Shown: positions 25,889 to 37,800 of the stretch, piece by piece
Layout: every line of letters begins with the position of its first letter
Numbering within the stretch: the first letter of the stretch is position 1
From: Phoronis australis
Lineage: Eukaryota; Animalia; Phoronida
Length of the DNA: 64,000 bases
Reading direction: 5' to 3'
NCBI GenBank assembly: GCA_002633005.1
Contig: NMRA01000092.1
Span: 250,493-314,492 of the forward strand
Made by a program: the position numbers and the translations under genes
The notes under the pieces: generated by a model
Told to the model about the DNA's origin: nothing
Database searches by the model: none
What the model saw: only the letters and a program-made list of their open reading frames with translations

Positions 25889-28800
25889 TTAGTCCCCAGA
25901 CTCTTGTAAGGTCAAGCACTGCAAACCCACACCTGTGACTGCCACCTGGTGGATCCCTTCAGTTCTGAAACGGGTTACAATAGACCACGGTGATATTTCT
26001 TCAATTTAGGACAGTTTGGCCAACAAGTGAAACTTCACTTTCTCATTTTTTATGGAAGATATTTTATTGCTCACCAAATGAACTAATGCTTTTCAGGTCC
26101 AGTTTCTGCACCAAAGCTACCATTGGGCAATACTTTGAAAAATAGAGACAATGTTAGAACTTGAAAATGAGAAAAGGGAAAATTTAGTATAATCATTTTT
26201 GTCCGAAATTTGTAAGTTCCTCATCAAGATGGCTGAGTGCATGCAGAATTTACTGAGGACAGCCACACATTAGCTCACACAGTCCGCTTCACTTTTTTCA
26301 GCGCCATCTCTGGAGGAGTGGTATTTTACAAAGATGATGCATTGACAAGTAAAATTCCATGAATTGGAATTAATGTACAAACTCTGGTTCGCATGTTTGT
26401 CCTAAATAAATGGTCCAGGACAATGTTTCTCCTTCAAACACTGGAAAAGTCACAGGGATCCAGCATTTAGAGAACAATATTTTCCACTGAATAATGGGTG
26501 TTAAACTGCTTTTCAAAGGACCATTGTAAGTGACTACTGCTGAAAAGAGTGTAACTTTCTGCTTGAGCTGGTTGTCTGGGAACAACATGACAGGAGAAGT
26601 AGAGAGCTCCTAGAGATCTAGTCCGGCACCAAATACTTTCCTCTCCTATAGTTAATGTACACATTCCAAAGTCTAAATTTGTGGGTGCTTAACCATTGGA
26701 GTATACCTTTGAACCATCTCAAACTTGACTTACCGGTACCTTTAGTTCAAAGGTGCAAAATTTGGAGCTTCCGAAAGAAAGAGCAAAACAAACCACTTTA
26801 AAAAGATGGCTTCACTGAGCACTTCCAGCAGGATGGCTGAGAGATGACTAGATCATACTAAAACAAAATCGTACCCTTTCTGAAGCCAGGTTTCCAAGTA
26901 GGACACATCAGCAATGTTTATGAAGACTGAGTTGACTAGCTGTAGAGTAGGTCTTTTTTCCAAGTGAACGGTCCATATATTGACTCGCTGATCAATGGAT
27001 GTTGACACAACCGTGTGCGCATTAAGAAAAGACACCCCTACAAATACAGTATCATTGCAGTTTTATAGAATAAGGGGCAATGCACCGACATATAACTATT
27101 GGGTGCAATGACACTTTCTTGTGACTGTACGACGTGCAAATCGCAGTTTTTTAACTCGTAATCAGTGATAAACTTCACATTCTTTCAAAGTTACACCTTC
27201 TATACCACAATAAACCATTTTTGTGCAACCAATCATGCTGTGTGAAAATCTGACCAACTTCCAAGTTTAGTTGTAATGGTGCCTGTCAAAAATGACACAA
27301 CAATGCATGACATGACCTTTGGAATATGAAGTACTCCAAGACCTGGGAGAATAATTTCGGGCACTTTTTATTGCATAATTGAACTGAAAATGTTGAGGGC
27401 AGAAAAATTTTGTTCAGTAGCCGCATTCACACCTAAATCCAGCAACTGGACTCTTTACACATAGTCTAGAGATCAAAAACTATAGTCACAAATGAAATCA
27501 TGGGACCTTCAAACTATATGTAAAGACCCAATGAACACATACCCCAGGCCCATAATTTCACGTGCCTGGACCTTCTCGCATTTAATTGGCAAAATTATTT
27601 ATGAGCTCAGCAACTGGATTGTTTTTCCACCCTGGTTCTAACCTGTTATCTGAGTAGCATGAGCTGAAGCGACTGCTGATTGTGCAGAGAGTGACCATCG
27701 TCCATCAGTCAGCACAAGCTGAGAGACATGAAGTGCATTGTCGTCTCCACCGCTGACTACTAACAGATCACCATCTGTAACACACAGCAACAACACATCA
27801 ACATCAGTGATACACAGCAACAACACATCAACATCAGTGACGCACAGCAACAACACATCAACATCTGTGATACACAGCAACAACACATCAACATCAGTGA
27901 TATGCAGCAACAACACATCAACATCNTCAGTGATACACAGCAACAACACATCAACATTTATGATACACAGCATCAACACATCAACATCAGTGATACATAG
28001 CAACAACACATCAACATTTGTGATACACAGCAACAACACATCAACATCAGTGATACACAGCAACTACACATCAACATCTGTGATACACAGCGACAACACA
28101 TCAACATCTGTGATACACAGCAACAACACATCAACATCAGTGATACACAGCAACAACACATCAACATCTGTAATACAGCAACAACAGATCACCGTCTGTA
28201 ACATGCAGCAAAAACAGTTGTCGATGTAGAATTCTTTGGGATTAAAAGAAATTATGCTCATCCAATCTTGAAATGTTGAAAAATGATCCAGCAATTCAAG
28301 CCACCGCCAACGAGTACAAGTGCCATTTTCGAATTTACAATGATAGGGATGGCCATCCCCAACACACTTGGAGTCGTTGATGGTTTGAATGTCCTTGTTG
28401 ATAACGGAAATCAACTTCTATCATGCTACGGTAAGTAATACTATGAGAGCATCTTTTTGAGCTTAAGAGACTTAATTCATCTTCCATTTTTGGAAGACAA
28501 ACACTGAGGAAATAGTCCTAAATGATGGATGCTGCCATCTATTGGGGTGAAGTTCTTCCTGAAAGAACATCAATCCAGAAGTCTTCACTTAAAAATACAT
28601 TTTCGCATCAGAAAGACATACTAATTCAGAGCAGTGCTGCTCATTGGTTAGGGCTCTGTGGCCGGTTGCATGAAACAGTCCCAAATAGGGACTCAACTAA
28701 GGCCCCTAAGTCTTTTTGAATGTGTATTTGTGTCTTTATGGACTCACAGATGCAATATTTTTCTATCATTTCATCTTTATTATGAGCTCCCCTTTGATTA

Positions 28801-31800
28801 TTGACATTTTCTAATAATATAACTAAAAACCGAACACAAAGTTCATCCAAAATAATTAGGGATTCAGTCCTTAAATTAGGGGTGTTGCATGAAAAGATCC
28901 CAAATTATTTTCGATAATATTGACAATTCGACGTAGAGTTCACTCTCCATATGTATCAAAGTTAAAAGTTGACTTAGTCATGAAACTAAAACAATACAAG
29001 AAAGGGCAATCGATGTTTTCACAAGTCCAAAAATACACCTTAGGTTTTAGGGAACTTAGTTGAGTTCCTACTTTAGGGACTGTATCATGCCACCGGGCAC
29101 TGGACTCTTAGGTAAGAGTCATGCGTTGAAGTACTAGGTACACTAGCAGACAAGACAGATGAGCATTAGCCTCCTGCTCTTCTCTGTTAAGTCACAATTG
29201 TGTGGAAGGCAGTTAACAAAGAAAAACAACAAGTGAGTGGTAATGACCAAAATGTACGTACTGTCAGCAGCCTCAAAGAGCAAATTCAGTCCATAATTGG
29301 AAAAATTACAGTACAGACTCAGACTTGTTTAAATATGACCTTAAAATGAGCATCTTTGGTGGTAACGGTGATGGTTGTCACAATTTATCACTGCCGTCCT
29401 GCTAGGTCACTCATTCATTACTGAAACGGAGAGATTGTAACTGCTCCCTTCGTTAGTCCACTGTTGTAACCCCAATCAAGATTCTAGATGCGCACCTTCA
29501 GTAGACTACCTTAAGTTTACAAAATATAATTCGGAGATTCAGCACACTACCAATTCCCTCTCGTGTACCAATGGGTCACAATAACAACAGTGTTCAAATC
29601 ACTTACTGTGAAGTTTGTTTACAGCCACGCAATTCACACCAGACTGGTGGGCCTTCAAAGTGTACAGTGGAGTCCACTGTGATCTCGCATCACCATCCTG
29701 AGACAGCGGAGAGCAAACATCCCAGAATGCAATATGGCCATCGGTAGCAGCTGAGTACAGCAAAAGTGTGTCATCAGCCAGGGTCACATGACCCACACAG
29801 AGAACACAGTGGTTGTGAAAGTTGGACCAGGCTGTCAAGGTCAAGGTCTTGCTGGATTCGTGAAATGAAAAGAGTCTGGAATGCAAATATTATCGAAACT
29901 ATTCAATGTCAAACTGCAGCTAAAAGCTAAGGAAAGAATGTAGTTTTCCGAGAGACACGTTCTCATTTGAAAACAAAGTATATGCTGTGAAGTGAAAGTT
30001 GCAATTACTCTCTACCCACTGACCACACAACATGAGTAGATCATAACCAACAATGACAATAAGTGCAATTACACGACAACATATTAAACGGACTACTATT
30101 ATTGCATACCAAAATTATAAACGTCACTGGACTGTCTAGAAAAGCAACATTTTCCCTTGGAACAAGTCTCTCACATGAAGCTCAAAATACCTCACTTGAT
30201 GTAGATTAAGCAATTAACACACTGTTTATAGACAAATAAACGTTATGTTTTTGTGAACCAAAGTGCATTTCATGACGAGGATAAGCCCTTGCAACACAAT
30301 CAACCACTATGGCATCTGTGCTGAAGTCAATGCAAAATTTAACAATCTGAATTCAAGATGTCAACCATAAAATAAAGATTTCACCACACCTGACCAGCCC
30401 ATCTGAACAAGCAGCTCCAATGAGGCAGACTTGTTCATCTCCAGAACTTTGGCATCCACCTTCACACACCTTTGATGCATAGAAAGCTGTTATTGACATA
30501 AAGCGGGTCTCCGGAGTAGTATTAGCATATGAAACTTTCCATGACTTGGACCGTCCATCACTGAGACACAGTGTCTTAAGCAACTCACATTTACAGTTTA
30601 ATGGAAGTGGTGACACGTAACGCTGACTGTTTGTATTGTCCTGAGACTTCCACCAGCTGTCCTCCGTGTCAAGAGTGACGTGCCAACACTTGAGCTGGGC
30701 GCGACCACCTGCAGAGAACAGCAACACGTTGACACTATCATCAGTGACACTGGGCTTTTTGCACACAGCAAGGGCACGGACGCTGGATATGTGACTGGAC
30801 AATGACTTAATGGTGGCCAGGTGACCACTAGAGTCCAACTTGACTATGTTGACGTCTGTGTCTTCGCTGGCCGTTACACAAACTGATGTGTCACCAAACT
30901 GATGGATAAACCTAACGCAGGTTAACTCTCGACCGTGTAGTGCAGGCTGGAACACAACAACAGAAATAACTTTCAAAACAAGTGAACTCAAAACTTATTT
31001 TCTTTTACATCGACATGTTTACGTCATAATTTCATACAAAGCTACCCACATCATTTCATATCAAAGACTGCCGTAAAATAGGGTCAGCACACGTGACAAC
31101 CATTAACCATGATTATGCCACGTTTAAAGATGAAAATAAATGCACGAAAACAGAGGAATACATACAGATTATTACATGGCAAAGTCGTTATCCCCCGTAT
31201 TCTAGAGCCCTCGGGCGGTAATTCTCCACGAGGGCTCTAGATAAGGGAGATAACGACTGACAACATGTAATAAACCACATGCTGAATGAGAAACATTGCA
31301 ATGAATCGATCTACCTTTCTTGACTTGCTTCGGCTTTGTAACTACTTTCTATGTCAGAGGCCCAGGGTCAGAGGTCGTGACCTTTTAGCAAAAGCCGAGC
31401 TATTTTGCCAAATAATGCTTTTAATCAAAACCAATTGAAAATGTATACAAAATAGATTATAAAGTGAATAAATTAAGGTTTAGCAACTATTATAGCTTAT
31501 TTCACATTTTATCACGCTAAGCTTCGACCGGGAAAATATCCTCTGCTAAAGTAGGTTACCACTGGTAACTGAGTACAATGCTCAAGTCAAAGGATCGATA
31601 CCTGCATTCAAATTGGAGATCGATGATTTACAAGTGAGAGAACATGACAGAAAAATTTCACTGATTATGCATCTTATTTTTCATAGCGTATAAATGTCGG
31701 TACAATGGCCTTTGTTGAACATGCGTGACGCCAGCCACTGAGTGGTAAAGTCGACAACCTGAAACTCTTGCAACCTGGGTTCGAAACCGGCCTTGGTTCC

Positions 31801-34800
31801 CGCCAAAATGTTATCTCACTAGTGAGATAACTAAATGGGTTATTACACGGTTGTATTGGTCATTCGAGGCTAATATTGTGGTATAAAAGACGTTCTTATA
31901 AAATTACCATAACATTGAATACGTAATTTGAGTAAAAACTTGGTATCAGCAAAAAACTGAATAGACATGTTGTCCCACCTACTCACACATATAACTTTTT
32001 GTTGCCGGGTGTTACTGACGGTGCACACTTGAACATCCCCAACCTTCACACATGCATACGTTGACCCTGCGTCACCAGTGCAGAACCCCCATGACCTATG
32101 ACCTCCGCCACACTCAACTTTGAACAGACTCTGGTTCAATCCAACGCTCCACACAACGAAGAAGGACTGAAAAATCAGTGACAATTATATTGCAGAAACT
32201 TTGCTGTAAGACAAATAATTTAACAGCAGCCCCCTCTTAAAGACAGAATTCATTAAATGCACGACAAAGTTGTTGACTGACAATTTTCATATATACTCGC
32301 ACACACTCTCTGTATATTGGTCCTGCGGATGATCAACAAATATACAGAGTTTGAATGAGTATGTAATGAAAATCCTTAAACGACAACATTGAATTTCATG
32401 AATTTTGCTGTACGAATCGAGTAAATATCATGCAAATGCAAAACAGACCAACATGAAACAGGACACACAAACACAACATAAATCAAGTGGGTGGTAGTCT
32501 AGGAACAATGTGAATAAAAGGACAGTGCACCTATGAAAAGACTGAAAATCTAATTACTTCTTGTTCTCTGGGTACTTAAAGGGAGACTTCCATGAACTGA
32601 CTAATGTGACTTTATATGTGACTGAGTATTAGACACCATATAAACATATCTTAAAATTCTCTAGAATATACCCACCCACATCAAAACCTCAACACAGAAT
32701 TGTGTTGTAGACAGGTTAGCCCATGACAGAGTTGAACGACTGAAGAGATGTTGTGACTGAGGAAATCATGGTGGAAGATGAATGTCCATTCCCTCACCAT
32801 AAGGCTGTCAGGTTAAAGACTCCTAAATATGCTCATCAACAGCATTATTTTTGCTGTCCCACAGTCAAAATTCATCAGGGTGTGAACAGTCACAGACACA
32901 TTATTCTACTTACTGTATGGTAGCCCAAAACAAGCATGTCATTTTCTGTAAACTGAAGTCTCTCAATCCAGTTAAAGCCTTTAAAAACCTACAATTATAA
33001 AACATTAAAATGCTGAAACAACAACAATAAACTTACCAAACTTTTCACAAGGTCACACCTAAAAATGAAATAAAATATAAAGCAAAACCTTTGAGACTAA
33101 AACATATTCGATGCGTCAATAAATCTTACTAATAACAATGTCAAAAATAGCAAAAAACTTTGGTTCCTTAGAAATTACCATCGACTCACCTTTGAGGCAG
33201 TTTTCAGTTCCAACTGACCATCGGCCAGTATGTACTCCCTGTAATGACCATCGCGTCCGGCTGTGTAAATTGTGTCACCATGGCAACAGACACATGTAAC
33301 TCCAGCCTTCCCGTGAATTTTTGGAAAACTTTGAACAGGATTTAAAGCCTGAAAAAAGCAATGTTATGAAAGAGAAATGCCGTGAAGTAACCAACACTTG
33401 CTTCAGAAAATAAATAACCAAAGAAAAAGAATAAGAGCAATGCAGAGCATTGATAATTATTCAAAATGACTGTCCAAATACAAGCCATGGAATCCTCAAA
33501 AAGACAAATCTTGTGACGATCCATCGAATTGTTTTGCAAATAGAGAGGCAAATGGGACAAGCAGTTTCTAATGATACACACTAGGGGGGGGGGGGGTGGG
33601 CAACACGCATCAAAACCGTCCAAAATGTCAGTCACCTTCCTTGCTGTAATAAAAATACACCTGCCAAACTTCGTGAAGATCTACCAAGCCAAGCTAAAAC
33701 TGTATTAAGGGAGTCAGAAGAAGTATTCAATTGAGAATCATTAGCCTGAATTTCCGGAAAATATGTTGGTCATTGGTCTCTGGATGCATTGGAATAAGAC
33801 AAAATCACTTATTGAGAGACGGAATTAGTTGGAAGCAGAAGCCTATGCATCCAACTAATTCGTTTTTCAGTCAGTGATTTTTTCTTATTCCTGCCTGAAT
33901 TTCCCTATGCTAAAATTCAGTGCCCCAAATTTCAAATCACATGCATAAATTGAGACTTAAATGCTTGAAATTAATTATTTTGATTTGCCACTGCCACACT
34001 TCTTTTTAAAATAGCGTCACTGCCAATAAGAAAATATTTTTAATTTCAAAAGCTAACTGCAAGCACACAGAGAGACGAATACCACACCTGTAGGTTTCCA
34101 GTGTTGTGTTCATGCTTCATCCACGTGTACAAATGGACCGTTCCCCCTCTATCGCCGCACACCATATAGACCATGTCAGTGTCAGTGATGCACACAGCAG
34201 ATGACACCCATCTCTGCTTACACACACGCAAGGTAAAAGTCTGACATAAGTCAAGGACATGGGTAGTGCCATCTGTTGTCAAGTAGAAAATACCCTGTGG
34301 ATATTATGATAGAGGATACCATATTGCTTGTACAAGGTCAAAGTTAAACTGACCCATGCCAAAAGTCAACTTATGTCTCTGTACTTAGACCTCAAGATAA
34401 AATAAATGCTTTACTGGCTTCCTTGACTGTCTTATTTCAATTTACATTATTTTACAAGTAAGCTTTCTGTGTGTACAATGAATCGTACACATATCACACA
34501 AACACTTTAAACAACTGCAGCTGAGTTACAGTAAACAAGGCATAGAAACAATCTACAGGTCAGACTCATAAGTACTTTGAGACACCTCTAAATCCAATGA
34601 AATCTGTCAATACCGTGGCAGGAAGTCACATCAAGCCAATACCATTCACAGTCAATTGGCCAGAGTACTTATTAATCCCGCCCCAGGATATCACCTTTAA
34701 CCTAACTACATGAGAAGCAAGTAGAACTGACTACACCTCCCACGTTGCATTGCGTATGTATTGCTTTCCGCAAGTTTTGGCAGGCGCTTTCATATAAATG

Positions 34801-37800
34801 TCGCTAACCCGTGTGCGTACCATTTCCATGTGAAAGCAGTCTCATTGTTATGAAAAAGTAATCCATACCATCCAGCCATCAGGTCCAGTCACCAATAGTT
34901 CCTTGTTGTTATCACGCATGAAGCAGACGACACTGTAAACTTTACCACAGCATACAGATGCATCCACAATGACCCTGTAGTGACCTAAAAAGAAAACATG
35001 CCATGCATGCGAAACCACAGTTGTGACTAGATTCACAATACTTGTAGTAAACTGCTCCATTCTTATTTGACTTCATTTTCAACTTGGCAATTTTTGATCC
35101 ACCAACATATTATGTTAATTTTTCCATACAATGATTTTCAAAAATATCCAGCTGTTCTGACGTTAACTGAACGCTAATTTACTTGATATTATAACCAAAA
35201 TGTTCAACTACGAAGAAAGTTTAGACTAATTGGATTTCAGTTGAAAAACGCAACATAGGGTCAGTGAAAAAATCAAGAAAAACACAAGACCACTTACAAC
35301 AGTCAAGCAGGACTAATCTGCCTTCAATGTTGCCATACACAATGACTTGACCATCAGCCCAGGTGCCAATCACACTGTAGGACTGGAACGATGGATGGGA
35401 AAAGATGTGGCGCCACCTATTGCTGATGCAGTTGTACTCAAGAAGAGACCTGAAATTAGAGGAATAGTGCGAGTAACAAACACTACAATTATGACTTAAT
35501 TACTTTATTCACATAATTATTTTCTAGTATTGCAAAGATTCGGCGACTTGTCACCAACAAAGTCGCTAAAGAAAAACATCGAATCCAAGCCGATTCCAAG
35601 ACCGTAAAATCGATTCCTAGGCTAAAATTGATTTTGTGATCTTGCTAAAAATTTGAAAACTCAGATAAATAATGTAGAAAATAAATCTGAAACTAAATAA
35701 GGCGATCCAGATCCTCTCAAGGATACTATTGTTTCACGAAATGTAGAATATATATAGGTAAATAAACCACTATCATATAGTGTTTGATTTTACTTTTAAT
35801 TATTTCTGTTTCTTTGACAAAGGATGTTATTATATCCAAAAAATTCAGTTGATCCATTATTGATGTTTTTTTTATCTATATATAAAACTCACATAAAATG
35901 AAGCACATAAATTCATCTAGAACAGTACTGCTAACATTTTGAAAAGCCACACAAACAGGGCGAAGTCACATCGCCCGCATTTAATTCTCTGTCTGGTATC
36001 AAAGAGCAGTGCCATTCGATGTTTGTTAAAGAAACAGAACATCAATGTTTTGATCTAGTCTCATTGTTTATCGTAGCAAACAGCAATGTCACTCAAAACC
36101 GGTTCAGAATCAAGCCTTGAATCAGGAACCGTTTCCGAATAATGAATTGTGATATAGTTTCCAATACCAATCACTACATAGTCCAAAAGATTCTCAATGT
36201 TAATGCTTGAACCACACGGGCATGCCCATGAATTCAGTTTTTCTTTGTAGAGCAGACCATCATTAATGAATGTAGCGTGCACAGTCCTCAAAACAAACTA
36301 GACAACTTCAAAATATACTGAGTGCAATTTCTTTTCAGTAAACAAACTTTGGACAGCAGACCATCATCAATGGCTGCATATTATGTAGTCTTTCAACATA
36401 AACTGGACAGCCTCAAAATTCACCGAAGTTTTCACCAACAAACGACAACTGAGAATTAATTTCTTTTCGGTTAGAATCCGTTTCAATTCTGGCTGCATCT
36501 CAACAAGTGTTACTACACGCTTTCTGTTGATATTCCAACAAACCACCTTGCAAGTCCTTTCCCAAATAACCAAGTAACAGCTAAGCACAATTAAGTCTCA
36601 TTCAGGCCGACTAATTTACGAGAAAAAACATAATTTATTGCGAAGGAAACTCAACTAAACTGTCAGCTAATTGTGGGCTCGGGGTCAAATCTCTGTACCT
36701 GAAATTCAACTAAAAAAAATTTGACCAATTGCATGCAACACCTCGAGAAAACTTGCAAATTTGTACTTGAAACATGCAGTGTGATTGGACAACGTCTAAG
36801 TCGAGTCTAAGTCTGGAGATTAGACCCCAGGCCCTACTTTTTCCAAGATTGGCAGAATCTGACAGAGCCTATTCAGTTAGACTCCGTTAACTTGCCCAGT
36901 AAGCCTTCTAGATTTTTTCCATTTAACCTCTGGGAAAAGCCACTGCCAAAAATTTCATTTCGCTATCCTTACCCATGAGAAGTCGATACCAATATATGCT
37001 CTGTGTCTCTAACTTTTATAACTTTTGCAAAATTGCCTTCACCCACCTGTAAAATGGAGAACTCTGTGAATGTCTTGACAAGACGTATTGAAGCTAAACT
37101 CTAAATAAGCACAGATAAAACCTACAAATACGGTGTTGGCAACGCATGTACAACACTGCAGGGTCCGTCACATTCACTGTAATAACTTGGACAAATTTAT
37201 ACTTTGCTACACACAATAAACAATGTTTTTGGTTGTCAAGTACAAGCATTCCTTAACTTTCCTATGATAATACCTTTTCTTAAAGAGAGATATCGCAGAT
37301 ATTCCTGAAGAGATGCTACTGGTTTGCTGAGAAATATCACAAGTTATAGAAATTCGATGGACTGAATTTCAATCCGATACATGTAGCAGAAATTCGATGG
37401 ACTGAATTTCATGATGTGGGGTCACATATCACGTTAGTAAATGAAGAAGTAAAATAAATTAATCAACATGCATTGTAATTCCAGAAGTGGATAGCTGGAT
37501 TATTTTGCAAAATTTCTTACATGAAGCCAAAAAACAGCCACTGCACAGCAACTGTGAAGAATGTGTTGCAGTATTCAAATCATACCAATTCTGAAGGCAA
37601 ACGCAGCAGTAAGTTGCCAGTACCATTGGGCAAATCGAGTCCATCCAGTTTCCACGAGCGTATACTACAGTCACCGCCCCCTGTTGTTACTAACTGTTCG
37701 TCTGGATGTACAGCAATGCTCCATATGCTCTTTCCCTGCAAAGCAAGCAATTTTATGTTGCAGTACATTGATGTCTACCTGCAAATGTGGCAAATGTCTA

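Larger units (their letters stand above)
22578..29274. repeat. Tandem two-copy duplication (22578-25515 and 25867-29274) of the WDR6 3' end
   Basis: Colinear copies with scattered substitutions and indels, separated by 351 bp of transposon fragments containing an N at 25604. Confidence 0.92.

Noticed and set aside
27738-28229. ORFs with NNTSTSVIHS or MLMCCCCVS repeats
   Set aside because: They are alternative-frame translations of the 30-bp VNTR, not independent mucin- or metallothionein-like genes.
37348-37410. 23-bp direct repeat AGAAATTCGATGGACTGAATTTC
   Set aside because: Simple local slippage-type duplication in an intron.
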